The translations under genes were made by a program, and so were the position numbers. A stretch of DNA of 57,412 bases from Rhodospirillaceae bacterium (GTDB lineage Bacteria > Pseudomonadota > Alphaproteobacteria > Rhodospirillales > Rhodospirillaceae): assembly GCA_009773045.1 (NCBI GenBank), contig WOUV01000001.1, positions 1 to 57,412 of the forward strand, given 5' to 3'. The notes under the pieces are model-generated. The model was not told the origin of the DNA. It was given only the letters and a program-made list of their open reading frames with translations, and did no database searches. This document shows positions 1 to 9,862 of the stretch, piece after piece; position 1 is the first letter of the stretch, and the number at the start of each line of letters is the position of its first letter.

Positions 1-10
1 CATCAAGGGA

Positions 11-889
11 ATGATGCTCTTGTGGAACATGCAGACCATGAACATTACCGCAAACGGCTTTGAATCGCTGCCGGCCATGAATCTGCGCTTGCGACGACCA
101 AACGAGTCCGATGCACCCGCACTGGCCGGCACAACGGCCGTGCCCGATTTCCAAACGCTGCTGGCCATCGAGCGCTTGGCCGATGGCGTCGTGGTGGGCG
201 CCGTCGGGCTTTCCCCCCAGGGAACGGACAGAAAAGCGGCGCAGATCACGTATTGGGTCGATGAACCGTTCCGGCACGATGGCCTCGCCACCGAAGCCGT
301 GCGCCGTGTGGCCGTCTGGGTATTCCAGGATCTCGGTCTGGAGATTCTTTCAGCCCTCCTCCCGAAAAATCATCCGGCCGCGCGGCGGGTGTTGGAGAAG
401 GCCGGTTTCACCGCCGTGGGTGAGGCCTTTGTCTTGAGCCGAACCGCCTGGCTGACCCAATGGGCGGCCCGGCCCAGGGTTCTGGTGGCCGCGGCGGCTT
501 TGATCGACGGGGATGGACGGGTTCTCTTGACGCAACGTCCCCCGGGCCGACCCATGGCCGGCCTGTGGGAGTTCCCGGGTGGCAAGGTCCACGACGGCGA
601 AACACCCGAGACCGCCCTGGTCCGCGAAGTGCGGGAGGAATTGGGGATCGAGGTGCACGAGCGCTGTCTTGCCCCCCTGACCTTTGCGTCGCACCCTTAT
701 GTGGACTTCCACCTTCTGATGCCGCTGTATGCCTGCCGCAAATGGAACGGAGTGCCCTCCGGGCGCGAGGGGCAGCTCCTGCGATGGGTCCGCCCCCACA
801 CCCTCGCATCCTGGCCGATGCCCGTGGCCGACGTTCCCCTGATGGCGGCCTTGCGCGACGTGCTGGGGGGAGTGTCTTCCGGTCAATGA
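11..889 (+). CDS. GNAT N-acetyltransferase / NUDIX (MutT-like) hydrolase fusion protein
   Basis: Single 292-aa ORF. The N-terminal half looks like a RimJ/RimL-type GNAT domain (ITYWVDEPFRHDGLATEAV, NHPAARRVLEKAGF). The C-terminal half has a complete Nudix box, GGKVHDGETPETALVREVREELGIEV. The true start among several N-terminal Met codons is unresolved. Confidence 0.7.
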   Translation: MMLLWNMQTMNITANGFESLPAMNLRLRRPNESDAPALAGTTAVPDFQTLLAIERLADGVVVGAVGLSPQGTDRKAAQITYWVDEPFRHDGLATEAVRRVAVWVFQDLGLEILSALLPKNHPAARRVLEKAGFTAVGEAFVLSRTAWLTQWAARPRVLVAAAALIDGDGRVLLTQRPPGRPMAGLWEFPGGKVHDGETPETALVREVREELGIEVHERCLAPLTFASHPYVDFHLLMPLYACRKWNGVPSGREGQLLRWVRPHTLASWPMPVADVPLMAALRDVLGGVSSGQ

Positions 890-937
890 ACGGAAACGAG
901 GACGTGCGGGAGAGGCCATGCCTCTCCCACACTTTTT

Positions 938-1936
938 TCAGAACCGAAGGACATCGGTCCTGATGGCCAGGGTCGCCTCGTCCAGATCGCCCAAATCGCT
1001 GGAGTGTATGACACGTTGTAAGTTTCGGGTGTATTTTGCCATCTCGGCATAGTTTTCAAGATTTTCGACCAGACCTTCACCCGTCAGGGGAACACCACTC
1101 GTGCGTTTTTCCGCCCGGACCCGTCGGAAACTCGCATAGGCCGCGTGGCTGTTCAAATTGCGGACATACCCCCGCACGGCATCAACCGGGGTGGCAAACG
1201 TTTTGTAATAAATGACCCGCTTGCCCGCATCCTTGACGGCAACGGACTCGAGATCCTCTCCGGTCGTGGTTTGGCCAAACAGCACGTTCCGCCGGCGTGC
1301 CAGCCGTGACGTCCCCCAGCCACTTTCCATGGCAGCCTGGGCCAGGGCAAGCGAAGGCGGAATGATATCAACATGAAGCAACAACCGTTCAATGCTTTCG
1401 GTGGGGGCGATGCGGTAATGGGCAAACCGTTCCGCCAGCCACTCGTTCTCATCCCACGACAGCGGCATCCCCCGCCCCATCTGCCGTCGCAAGGCGATCA
1501 ACCGGCGGCGTTCGCTTAAAATTTCGTCATTCACCTGCAAAATCAACGGCAGCATCAGGCGCAGGAACAAATCTTTACGCTCGACGGAATCGGGGATGTG
1601 CTGCATGTCTCCCGGAATGGCCTGCACGTGCAGCGGCGGCACCTGGCGCATGCCATCGGCGACGGATTCGAGTGAATATTCCCATTGTTCGAAAACGGTT
1701 TGCAGTGCCCTTGCGCTCAGCCGTTCGGGCATGGGAGGTAAAAGAGTGGAAAGAGTTAAAAAGATCACCGGCTGAGGCCGGGCCTCGCCTTCCAGAGCGG
1801 AAGGCGGAGGAGCGAAAACGGACAACCGGGGAGTCGGAACACAAAAAGCCATGCAGTAAAGCAAAGCCGTCAAAAAAACTAAAACCCCAAGAGATGTCTG
1901 TTCGAATCTGGACTGGTACGGTGCGCCGTTTGTCAC
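938..1936 (-). CDS. Bax/FlgJ-like glucosaminidase-domain protein with N-terminal membrane anchor
   Basis: 332-aa ORF with a hydrophobic N-terminal segment (LGVLVFLTALLYCMAFCV). The C-terminal region resembles the mannosyl-glycoprotein endo-beta-N-acetylglucosaminidase domain (LAQAAMESGWGTSRLARRRNVLFG, GYVRNLNSHAAYASFR). Confidence 0.55.
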   Translation of the reverse strand: MTNGAPYQSRFEQTSLGVLVFLTALLYCMAFCVPTPRLSVFAPPPSALEGEARPQPVIFLTLSTLLPPMPERLSARALQTVFEQWEYSLESVADGMRQVPPLHVQAIPGDMQHIPDSVERKDLFLRLMLPLILQVNDEILSERRRLIALRRQMGRGMPLSWDENEWLAERFAHYRIAPTESIERLLLHVDIIPPSLALAQAAMESGWGTSRLARRRNVLFGQTTTGEDLESVAVKDAGKRVIYYKTFATPVDAVRGYVRNLNSHAAYASFRRVRAEKRTSGVPLTGEGLVENLENYAEMAKYTRNLQRVIHSSDLGDLDEATLAIRTDVLRF

Positions 1937-2308
1937 GGGCCTCTCCCTCCTGTTTCAGAACGCTTCGTTCATGGGTTTCAAGAACCAACTTTCACGTTAG
2001 CCGCATGCCGGCATCACGCATATCTTAAGTTGCTGTAGCGGATTTGCGGCATTGCAGCAACCCCTTTGTTGAATCGCACAGCGCCCCAAAGGCTTCAGAC
2101 CTGTCCGATCGGTCAGGGGGAGTATCATGAACACGCGTCTGCCATGGCAGGGATGAAACGGAATGGAAAGACGGCGGGGAAACGGCGGAGAGGGCCGCGG
2201 GGAAACGGAAAAAAGTGCGCGTTTTCACCAAGATGGTGCCACACAACACCCCACCCGGGAGCGGTGATCCCCGAATCCGTGCCCCCACTCCCGCCCTTTC
2301 GCAGGCTC

Positions 2309-2878
2309 TTAGTCCACTGCCCGAACGGCCAGGACCTCTGGGATATAATGCTGCAATAGATTTTCTATGCCATTTTTAAGGGTTGCTGTCGAGCTTGGAC
2401 ATCCAGAGCACGAACCTTGCAGGCGCAAATAGACGACTCCATCGCGGAAAGCCCGAAAAATGATATCTCCCCCATCGCGGGCCACGGCAGGGCGAACCCG
2501 GGTGTCGAGCAGTTCACGGATGCGGCGCACGATGCCTTCTGCGTCTGCGTCTTCCTCGTCTTCCTCGTTTTCTGCGCCTTCCCCGACGGGCCGCTCATGA
2601 ACCACGGCGTCCCCCGACAGAAAATGTTCGGCCAAAGCGCCCAGAACCGCTGGTTTCAACAAGGACCACTCCGTACCGTCGATTTTGGTGATGGTCACGA
2701 AATCGGACCCCAGGAACACGCCCCGCACCCCTTGCACATCGAACAATCTTTGGGCCAGGGGGGAGGAACGGGCCGTGTCTGGTGACGGAAAATCAGCAGT
2801 GCCGCGCGCCATGATGGAGCGGCCCGGCAGGAACTTCAAGGATGCTGGATTGGGGGTTGGTTCTGTCTGAATGAACAT
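2309..2878 (-). CDS. NifU/Nfu-family Fe-S cluster scaffold protein
   Basis: Nfu N-terminal signature MFIQTEPTPNPASLKFLPG, starting at the internal ATG (2878). The C-terminal NifU-like domain has LQGSCSGCPSS (CxxC). The ORF-track start at 2899 adds 7 unlikely residues. Confidence 0.8.
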   Translation of the reverse strand: MFIQTEPTPNPASLKFLPGRSIMARGTADFPSPDTARSSPLAQRLFDVQGVRGVFLGSDFVTITKIDGTEWSLLKPAVLGALAEHFLSGDAVVHERPVGEGAENEEDEEDADAEGIVRRIRELLDTRVRPAVARDGGDIIFRAFRDGVVYLRLQGSCSGCPSSTATLKNGIENLLQHYIPEVLAVRAVD

Positions 2879-3135
2879 GGGCGTGCCTTTTCTTCTCAAC
2901 GTTTATTGTGAATGCTGCAAGACTACATGGCCCATCACAAAACACCCGTCAAGCACGGTCTGCACGGAATCTGGCACGAGGCAGGCCCCTTCCGACCCTC
3001 CCCATCACAGAAGGTTTGGATCCCCCATACGAGCCTCTGCGTCACAAACGGCGCGTTGCCCTGCTCCTGCCCTGGAAGGGCCTTGAAGTCTCAAACAGGA
3101 TCGTCAAGAATGGTATGTGAGGGTGTTTCGCAGTC

Positions 3136-4278
3136 TTGCAGGAAAATTCATTCATGGCCATTCCCCTGATCCAGCAAATCCGCGTTGGCGCTTATGTTCT
3201 CAAACAGCGCCTGAAGGGCGTTGAACGCTATCCCCTGGTGTTGATGCTGGAACCCTTGTTCCGCTGCAATCTCGCCTGTACGGGGTGCGGCAAGATCGCC
3301 TATCCAGAGGATATTCTCAATCGTCGTTTGTCTGTAGCGGAATGTCTGCATGCTGCGGAGGAATGCGGCGCCCCCATTGTTTCCATCCCCGGCGGTGAAC
3401 CTCTTCTGCACAAGGAAATCGGTGCCATCGCCGCCGGTCTGGTGGCACAAAAAAGGTTCGTGTACCTGTGCACCAACGCCCTGCTGTTGGAAAAACGACT
3501 CGACCAGTTCACCCCGTCCCCCTATCTGACTTTTCAGATCCACCTGGACGGCGACCGTGCCCACCATGACCGCGCCGTCGCCCAGGAGGGCGTTTACGAC
3601 CGTGCCGTCGCCGCCATCCGCGCCGCCCGCGCCCGCGGCTTCCGGGTCAATATCAACTGCACGCTTTACGACCACGGTGCCGTCGAAGACATGGCGCGAT
3701 TCTTTACCTTTACCTGTCAGGAATTGAAGATAGAAGGCATCACCCTTTCTCCTGGTTTCGCATATGAGGATGCGCCGGTACAGGATCAATTCTTGTCCCG
3801 CAAGAACAGCCGCCAGATGTTTCGCCGCCTGTTCGCCCTGAACAAAGGGTGGCGCTTCAGCCATTCCGCGCTGTTTCTGGATTTCCTTGCGGGCAACCAA
3901 AGTTACCAGTGCACGCCCTGGGGCAATCCGACCCGCAACGTTTTCGGCTGGCAGAAACCGTGCTATCTGCTGAATCATGGCCATGCCGCGACGTTCCAGG
4001 AACTGATGGCCACGACCGACTGGAACGCCTATGGCATTGGCCACCACACGGCGTGCAACAATTGCATGATGCATTGCGGCTTTGAACCGACCGCTGTTGT
4101 CGATACCGTGACGCATCCCTGGAAAGCGGCCCTGGCGGCCCTGTTCGGTCCCCGGACGGAGGGCGCTATGGCCCCGGAAGTGCCACGGGAAACGGCGGGG
4201 GGGGGATCTCAGGGATCTCAGGTTCAGGAATCACAAAAAGGCGAAATCGGCGCCGGCCCGTTCAGCAACGCGACGTAG
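3136..4278 (+). CDS. hpnH: hopanoid biosynthesis radical-SAM protein HpnH (adenosylhopane synthase)
   Basis: Radical-SAM CxxxCxxC (CNLACTGC) near the N-terminus. Full-length resemblance to HpnH (MAIPLIQQIRVGAYVLKQRL, C-terminal CNNCMMHCGFEPTAV). Sits next to an HpnG-like gene. The probable start is the ATG at 3154. The 3' tail overlaps convergent hpnG by 48 nt. Confidence 0.8.
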   Translation: MQENSFMAIPLIQQIRVGAYVLKQRLKGVERYPLVLMLEPLFRCNLACTGCGKIAYPEDILNRRLSVAECLHAAEECGAPIVSIPGGEPLLHKEIGAIAAGLVAQKRFVYLCTNALLLEKRLDQFTPSPYLTFQIHLDGDRAHHDRAVAQEGVYDRAVAAIRAARARGFRVNINCTLYDHGAVEDMARFFTFTCQELKIEGITLSPGFAYEDAPVQDQFLSRKNSRQMFRRLFALNKGWRFSHSALFLDFLAGNQSYQCTPWGNPTRNVFGWQKPCYLLNHGHAATFQELMATTDWNAYGIGHHTACNNCMMHCGFEPTAVVDTVTHPWKAALAALFGPRTEGAMAPEVPRETAGGGSQGSQVQESQKGEIGAGPFSNAT

Positions 4279-4962
4279 CCGGGCGAAGGCGGTGCGACTG
4301 TCCTGCGCCAGCCGGAACAGCGCCCCCCCCTGTCCGGGATGACGCGCCAGGGCCTGAAAAAGCCTCAAGGGGCGCAAGCGGCCGTTGGCATCGACCCCTG
4401 CCTCGGCGACGGGGGGAAGAGTCCGCTCCGCCGGGTCCGCCGTCACCCGCACGACCACAAAGGGAACCCCCCCCGCCGTGGCACAAAGGGCAATGGCGCC
4501 GCTTTCCATATCCACCGCCCCGGCCCCGGTGGTTTTCGTGAGGTCTGCCTTGGCCGTTGCGCATGTCACGACCTGCGTGCTCACGGCCAGCGGGGTTTCA
4601 ACCGGCCCGAAAACGGCCAGCCGTTCGCGCAAACGTTCCCGCCACGCGCCATGGGGCAGCATGCGACGCCCATCCTCGAGCACCACTTCGCTTGCCAGAA
4701 CCACGGCGCCTGGCCGTAACGCCGGCGCAAGTCCCCCTGCCAGACCGAAACTGACCAGTCCGCCCACCCCGTGACCTAACAGGATTTCGCACGCGCGTGC
4801 CGCCCGCTCGGCTCCAGGCCCTTCGCACCGGACGAACCGGCCATCGCAACAGCGGGCCTCCGCCGCAAGGCCGGTGACGATGCCGATCATGGTCTTTTTC
4901 CCAGCATGGCTCTCGTCGTATCCGGAAGCATTGTCTGGGGGGACCGGATCAGGTATTTCCAT
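4231..4962 (-). CDS. hpnG: hopanoid-associated phosphorylase/nucleosidase HpnG (PNP/UDP family)
   Basis: PNP_UDP-type fold motifs (MIGIVTGLAAEARC, LVSFGLAGGLAP, GAGAVDMESGAIA). Convergent partner of hpnH. An alternative start is the ATG at 4890. Confidence 0.6.
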   Translation of the reverse strand: MEIPDPVPPDNASGYDESHAGKKTMIGIVTGLAAEARCCDGRFVRCEGPGAERAARACEILLGHGVGGLVSFGLAGGLAPALRPGAVVLASEVVLEDGRRMLPHGAWRERLRERLAVFGPVETPLAVSTQVVTCATAKADLTKTTGAGAVDMESGAIALCATAGGVPFVVVRVTADPAERTLPPVAEAGVDANGRLRPLRLFQALARHPGQGGALFRLAQDSRTAFARLRRVAERAGADFAFL

Positions 4963-5204
4963 ACGGACATCACGAAACGATCAATATATTTCATTGTTCA
5001 GTCCTCCTGGCTCAATCTTTCCTTGTAATATGGGCGCAACGGACTCTGTTCCAATGCCCGACCCATCGCATACAACGTGCCTATCGGGTGTAAAGAATGG
5101 GTAAAAATTTCCGGCAGGACATTTTTTCCTCCCTCCCTGTGTCTTTTCAGCCACACTGAACAAAAGGGGGAAAAACCAAGGCGCCATGAAGCAGGACAAA
5201 GGAT

Positions 5205-5996
5205 ATGGATCAGGAACCAGGTGGTTGGCGCGGCATCGTTTTTGACGGGCATCTGGCGGCCACTTTTCTTTTGCACGTGCCGCTGCCACCCCTGCCGCAG
5301 ACACCGTCTCCGCAAGCCCTTGCGCGGGCCATGCGGGTTTTCCCGTTGGTGGGGGCCTGCATCGGAGGAGGGGGGGGGCTGGTGTATGCCCTGGCCGTCA
5401 CCGTGGGTCTGACCCCGCTCCTTGCCGCACTGCTGGCCCTTGCGGCCATAAGCCGGCTGACCGGGGGTTTGCACGAAGACGGCCTTGCCGACATGGCCGA
5501 TGGTTTCGGCGCAACCGTTCCCCGCCCGCGCAAACTTGAGATTCTGCGGGACAGCCGCATCGGCACGTTCGGCGTGCTGGCCCTCGTCTTCGGGGTGACC
5601 CTGCGGGCCGCCGCCGTGGCCGCCGTTGGAACGAAAGGCGTGGATGCCGTCGTTGTCGCCTTGGTGGTCGCCGAAAGCATGGGGCGGGCGGCCATGCCGC
5701 TTGTGATGCGATTCGCTCCACCGGCGCGCCCCGACGGCCTGGGGGCCGCCGTCGCCGCCGCGGACCAGGCCAAAAGCATTGTCGCCACGGTCATCGCCGT
5801 GGCCACGGCGCTGGTTCTGGCGCTGGTTCTGCTGCCTCCGGGGCCGGCGGGGGGGGCGGGTCTTGCCATGGGAATCGCTGTCGGCTGGGTGACGGTCTCC
5901 GCGCGTCGCCACATCGGCGGTTACACGGGCGATGTGCTGGGGGCCGCCGGTTACGCGGCGGCAAGCGCCGTTCTGATCAGTCTGGCACGTGCATGA
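5205..5996 (+). CDS. cobS: adenosylcobinamide-GDP ribazoletransferase (cobalamin synthase)
   Basis: Polytopic membrane ORF with the CobS signature LTGGLHEDGLADMADGFG. Confidence 0.8.
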   Translation: MDQEPGGWRGIVFDGHLAATFLLHVPLPPLPQTPSPQALARAMRVFPLVGACIGGGGGLVYALAVTVGLTPLLAALLALAAISRLTGGLHEDGLADMADGFGATVPRPRKLEILRDSRIGTFGVLALVFGVTLRAAAVAAVGTKGVDAVVVALVVAESMGRAAMPLVMRFAPPARPDGLGAAVAAADQAKSIVATVIAVATALVLALVLLPPGPAGGAGLAMGIAVGWVTVSARRHIGGYTGDVLGAAGYAAASAVLISLARA

Positions 5997-6166
5997 AGAG
6001 TCCGGGCGAAAACGGCTCAAGGAGCCTCTGTCAACAAGGGTCCTCTGTCAACACGGGTCGTCTGTCAAAGTGACTTAAGCGAATATTTTGCAAAAGAACC
6101 ATTGCCCTGCCCCAACAGAGACGCATAAGTTGGGGCGGGATTATACCTGCCGGGTGGAGAAGCCAG

Positions 6167-7162
6167 ATGTCGCAAGATTCCCTTGCCGATCGCAAACAAT
6201 TTTCCGCGGAAAAGCAGCGCCAACCCGCCACGTCCCACGTCCGCACCCACAACGCCGGCAGCGGCGCCATCGGCCCCTGCCACGACGCAAGCAACGAAGA
6301 CATCCTGAAGGCCCTTCTCGCGATGGCCGAGGGCATCAAGACCCTTGTCGTTGAAACCATGGCGGCGGAACGCCAGGTCCATGTCCAGCAAGAAGGGGCT
6401 GGAATCCCGTCTTCCGTGGCATCCAACGATATCCACGCCATCGTTGCCGCGGCCATTCAGGCGCCCCTGGGCGAAATCGAACGGATCGTCCAGACCATGA
6501 AAGACTTCCAGGAAACCCTGTTGCCGGCGATGTCCGCGGCGGTCCAGGGCACGGCCCAGGCCATCGCCGTTCAGATGACCGACATCAAACACATGACGGC
6601 GGAAATCAAGGATATCGAGGATGCTTCCTTCCGGGGGTTGCGCAAGGAATTGGCCGACATGATGGCCCATATCGACAAGACCAAAACTGAAATCGCCGCC
6701 TTGCGTCCGGAAGGGGCCGACGAGAATCAAATCGCCATCGCCACCAACGAACTGGATGCGGTGATCGAGGCGACCGAAATGGCGACGTCGGAAATCCTGG
6801 AACAGGCGGAAACCATCCAGACCATCGTCGAGAATCTGCGGGATGCCTGCACTTCCAACAGCGTGGAGGACATCAACCACCACATTGACGCGCTGGAAAA
6901 CGTGGGGACGACTCTGCTGCTCGCCTGTGGGTTCCAGGATATTACCGGCCAGCGCATCAACAAGGTTGTCAACACCCTTCTTTACATCGAACAGCACATC
7001 GGCACCATGATGACCATCTGGCAGATCGACCGCGGCACCGGCCAGTCCCATCTGATGGTCAATGCCCCCGATGACGATCGCCCCGACAAGGATCTCCTCC
7101 ACGGTCCCCAGCTCAGCAATGGCGGCGTCAGCCAGGCCGACATCGATGCCTTGTTCGACTGA
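6167..7162 (+). CDS. CheZ-like chemotaxis phosphatase domain protein
   Basis: The C-terminal half matches the CheZ family ([45 protein letters not shown]). The acidic C-terminal peptide [10 protein letters not shown] resembles the CheY-binding tail. The N-terminal ~150 aa were not recognised. Confidence 0.55.
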   Translation: MSQDSLADRKQFSAEKQRQPATSHVRTHNAGSGAIGPCHDASNEDILKALLAMAEGIKTLVVETMAAERQVHVQQEGAGIPSSVASNDIHAIVAAAIQAPLGEIERIVQTMKDFQETLLPAMSAAVQGTAQAIAVQMTDIKHMTAEIKDIEDASFRGLRKELADMMAHIDKTKTEIAALRPEGADENQIAIATNELDAVIEATEMATSEILEQAETIQTIVENLRDACTSNSVEDINHHIDALENVGTTLLLACGFQDITGQRINKVVNTLLYIEQHIGTMMTIWQIDRGTGQSHLMVNAPDDDRPDKDLLHGPQLSNGGVSQADIDALFD

Positions 7163-7242
7163 ACACCGGGCGGGAGGGGATCATACGCCCGCCGCCAGCC
7201 AACACGCACACGCGATACACACACCATAAGGAATACCGCATC

Positions 7243-9078
7243 ATGCCGGCCTATCGCTCCCGCACCTCCACCCATGGCCGCACCATGGCCGGCGCCCGCA
7301 GCCTGTGGCGGGCGACGGGGCTTTCGGATGCGGATTTCGGCAAGCCGATCATCGCCGTCGTCAACTCGTTCACCCAGTTCGTGCCGGGTCATGTCCACCT
7401 GCGGGAGATCGGCGCCCTGGTGGCCGAAGAAATCACCCGGGCGGGGGCGGTGGCGCGCGAGTTCAATACCATCGCCATCGACGATGGCATTGCCATGGGC
7501 CATGACGGCATGCTCTACAGCCTGCCCTCCCGCGAGATCATCGCCGATTCGGTCGAATACATGGTCAATGCCCATTGCGTCGATGCCATGCTGTGCCTTT
7601 CCAACTGCGACAAGATCACTCCCGGCATGCTGATGGCCGCCTTGCGGCTGAACATTCCTGCGGTGTTCGTCTCTGGCGGTCCCATGGAAGCCGGGAAAAT
7701 GGCGGGGGGAAAGGTCGATCTGATCGATGCGATGATCGCCGCGGGCGATGACCGCAACACCGATGCGACGGTGGATGATTTCGAACGCCTGGCCTGCCCG
7801 ACCTGCGGGTCCTGTTCGGGACTGTTCACCGCCAACTCGATGAATTGCCTGATGGAAGCGCTGGGGCTGGCGCTGCCCGGCAACGGCAGCCTGCTGGCCA
7901 CCCACAGTGACCGGGGGGAGCTGTTTCGGCGCGCCGCCCGCACGGTGGTCGAGATTACGAAACGATACTATGAAGGGGATGACGACTCGCGGTTGCCGCG
8001 TTCCATCGCCTCGTTCCAGGCCTTCGAGAATGCCATGATTCTCGATATTGCCATGGGAGGTTCCACCAACACCGTGCTGCACCTTTTGGCCGCGGCGGTG
8101 GAAGGAGATGTTCCCTTCACCATGGCCGACATCGACCGTTTGTCGCGGCGGGTGCCCAATCTGGTGAAGCTCGCCCCCGCCACCCCGGACTATCACATGG
8201 AAGACGTGCACCGGGCGGGCGGCGTCATGGCCATTCTGGGCGAGTTGGGGGATCTGGTCCACTCCGACACCCGGACCGTGCATGCTCCCACGCTGGGAGC
8301 GGCGATTTCGGTGTGGGACGTGCGCATAGCCACCGATGCGGCGGTTCATGCCTTCTATCGCGCCGCGCCAGGGGGGGAACGCACGGTGGTGGCCTGCGGC
8401 CAGGACCGGCGGTATCCTGACCTCGATCTGGACCGGGTGAACGGGTGTATCCGCGATCGCGCCCACGCCTACAGCACCGATGGCGGCCTTGCCGTGCTTT
8501 ACGGCAATATGGCCCGTGAGGGGTGCATCGTGAAAACCGCCGGGGTGGATGCCGAGATTCTCGTTTTCTCCGGGCCGGCTGTGGTGTGTGAAAGCCAGGA
8601 AGAAGCGGTGGCCCGTATTCTGGGGGGGGAAATCAAACCCGGGGATGTGGTGGTCATCCGCTATGAGGGGCCGAAGGGGGGGCCGGGGATGCAGGAAATG
8701 CTCTATCCGACCAGCTATCTGAAGGCGAAGGGACTGGGGAAGGTGTGCGCCCTGGTGACGGATGGCCGTTTTTCCGGTGGCACTTCGGGGCTTTCCATCG
8801 GCCATGTCTCGCCGGAAGCGGCCGAAGGGGGGGGGATCGCCCTGGTGGAATCGGGCGATATTCTTTGCATCGACATTCCCGCCCGCACCCTCACCCTGGC
8901 CGTTGCGGACGCGGAACTGGAACGGCGGCATAAGGCCATGATCGCGAGGGGAGCGAACGCCTGGCAGCCGCGCGCGCGCGCGCGCTCCGTCTCGACGGCC
9001 CTGCGCGCCTATGCCGCCCTTGCCACCAGTGCGGCGCGGGGGGCCGTGCGGGATCTGGCGCAGATCTCTCTGAAATAA
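7243..9078 (+). CDS. ilvD: dihydroxy-acid dehydratase
   Basis: 611-aa ORF with full-length IlvD resemblance ([64 protein letters not shown]). Confidence 0.95.
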   Translation: MPAYRSRTSTHGRTMAGARSLWRATGLSDADFGKPIIAVVNSFTQFVPGHVHLREIGALVAEEITRAGAVAREFNTIAIDDGIAMGHDGMLYSLPSREIIADSVEYMVNAHCVDAMLCLSNCDKITPGMLMAALRLNIPAVFVSGGPMEAGKMAGGKVDLIDAMIAAGDDRNTDATVDDFERLACPTCGSCSGLFTANSMNCLMEALGLALPGNGSLLATHSDRGELFRRAARTVVEITKRYYEGDDDSRLPRSIASFQAFENAMILDIAMGGSTNTVLHLLAAAVEGDVPFTMADIDRLSRRVPNLVKLAPATPDYHMEDVHRAGGVMAILGELGDLVHSDTRTVHAPTLGAAISVWDVRIATDAAVHAFYRAAPGGERTVVACGQDRRYPDLDLDRVNGCIRDRAHAYSTDGGLAVLYGNMAREGCIVKTAGVDAEILVFSGPAVVCESQEEAVARILGGEIKPGDVVVIRYEGPKGGPGMQEMLYPTSYLKAKGLGKVCALVTDGRFSGGTSGLSIGHVSPEAAEGGGIALVESGDILCIDIPARTLTLAVADAELERRHKAMIARGANAWQPRARARSVSTALRAYAALATSAARGAVRDLAQISLK

Positions 9079-9844
9079 GCAAGGCCTCAGGAATCGCGGG
9101 GGGTGTGGGGGGAGGCCGCGCCTTCCCCTGTAACAAAAACCAAAGCGTAAGGGAGAAAACGCATTGCGTTTTCCGGCCTCCCCCCACACCCCCCGCGATT
9201 CCTGAGGCTTTGGAATCCTGGTTGGCAAGCCAGTCACCCGACGTTTGCGATTCTGACGGGGCCAAGGGTTGCCGTTTCGGTCCGCCCCGGGAAACCACCA
9301 CCATGGCCGGTCGTACCAGCCGATCGTGCAAGACATAGCCTTCCTGCAAGACCTGAACCACGGTGCCCGCGGGCACCGACTTGTTTTCGATTTCCTGTAC
9401 CGCCTGATGCTGATTGGGGTCGAACGGCTGGCTGAGGGAATCGAGCCGGCGCAAGCCGTTGCGCTCCATCAACGTCAGCAGTGATTTCTCCGTCATCTCA
9501 ACGCCGGTGGCCAGGCTGTTCAACAGTTCATCGCCCGCGCGGGCTTCGAGCGGGACATGCTGCAAGGCCCGGTGCAGGTTGTCAGCCACCGTGACCAGAT
9601 CCTTGACGAAGTTGGCAACGGCATATTTCGTGTTCTGCTCGATGCGGCGGTCGGCGCGCGCATTCGCGTTCTGGGCGTCGGCCAGGGCGCGCAAATAGTC
9701 GTTGCGCAAGCCGGCCCCCTGTTCTTCCAGTTCGGCGACACGGGCGGTCATGACCGCAAAAACATCGGGTTGCGACGGATCGCCGGTGGTTTCCTGAAGT
9801 GCGGAAAGAGGGGTATCGGGAGCCTTGTCGTCGTTCTGAGTCAT
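8891..9844 (-). CDS. grpE: nucleotide exchange factor GrpE with anomalous C-terminal read-through
   Basis: Residues 1 to about 190 are a normal GrpE ([19 protein letters not shown] coiled coil, [21 protein letters not shown] beta domain). It lies directly downstream of hrcA. There is no stop until 8891. About 125 extra codons run through repeat 9084-9208 and 188 nt antisense into ilvD. Confidence 0.85.
   Translation of the reverse strand: MTQNDDKAPDTPLSALQETTGDPSQPDVFAVMTARVAELEEQGAGLRNDYLRALADAQNANARADRRIEQNTKYAVANFVKDLVTVADNLHRALQHVPLEARAGDELLNSLATGVEMTEKSLLTLMERNGLRRLDSLSQPFDPNQHQAVQEIENKSVPAGTVVQVLQEGYVLHDRLVRPAMVVVSRGGPKRQPLAPSESQTSGDWLANQDSKASGIAGGVGGGRKTQCVFSLTLWFLLQGKARPPPTPPAIPEALLISERSAPDPARPPAPHWWQGRHRRAGPSRRSARARAAARRSLPSRSWPYAAVPVPRPQRPG
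9084..9208. repeat. MITE/REP-like palindromic element, family 1, full copy
   Basis: Perfect 34-bp terminal inverted repeat: gcctcaggaatcgcggggggtgtggggggaggcc at 9084-9117, with its exact reverse complement at 9175-9208. The 57-nt core contains an inner hairpin (gaaaacgca t tgcgttttc). A related copy lies at 20866-20957. Confidence 0.8.
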
Positions 9845-9862
9845 ATTCTGGAATCCTGTTTT

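Noticed and set aside
1900-1908. The tRNA T-loop-like string gttcgaatc.
   Set aside because: It lies inside the N-terminal coding region of the 938-1936 gene. It is not flanked by acceptor or anticodon stems that I could pair.
4204-4221. A 2 x 9-bp tandem repeat (ggatctcag) in the hpnH 3' tail.
   Set aside because: This is a trivial in-frame duplication (GSQ-GSQ) in a non-conserved C-terminal tail, with no further structure.
6982-9336. Very long ORFs antisense to well-supported genes. Examples: 6982-9336 opposite ilvD, 43818-45815 opposite the hbd-like gene and hisG, and 50238-51959 opposite the acylase. Others are 24256-25824 opposite purF, 21195-22880 opposite prpE, 26044-27429 opposite radA, and 33173-34639 and 35305-36771 opposite the cytochrome cluster.
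   Set aside because: Their translations are Arg/Gly/Pro/His-rich low-complexity strings without motifs. The opposite strand carries clear family signatures in every case. Long stop-free antisense frames are expected in GC-rich DNA.
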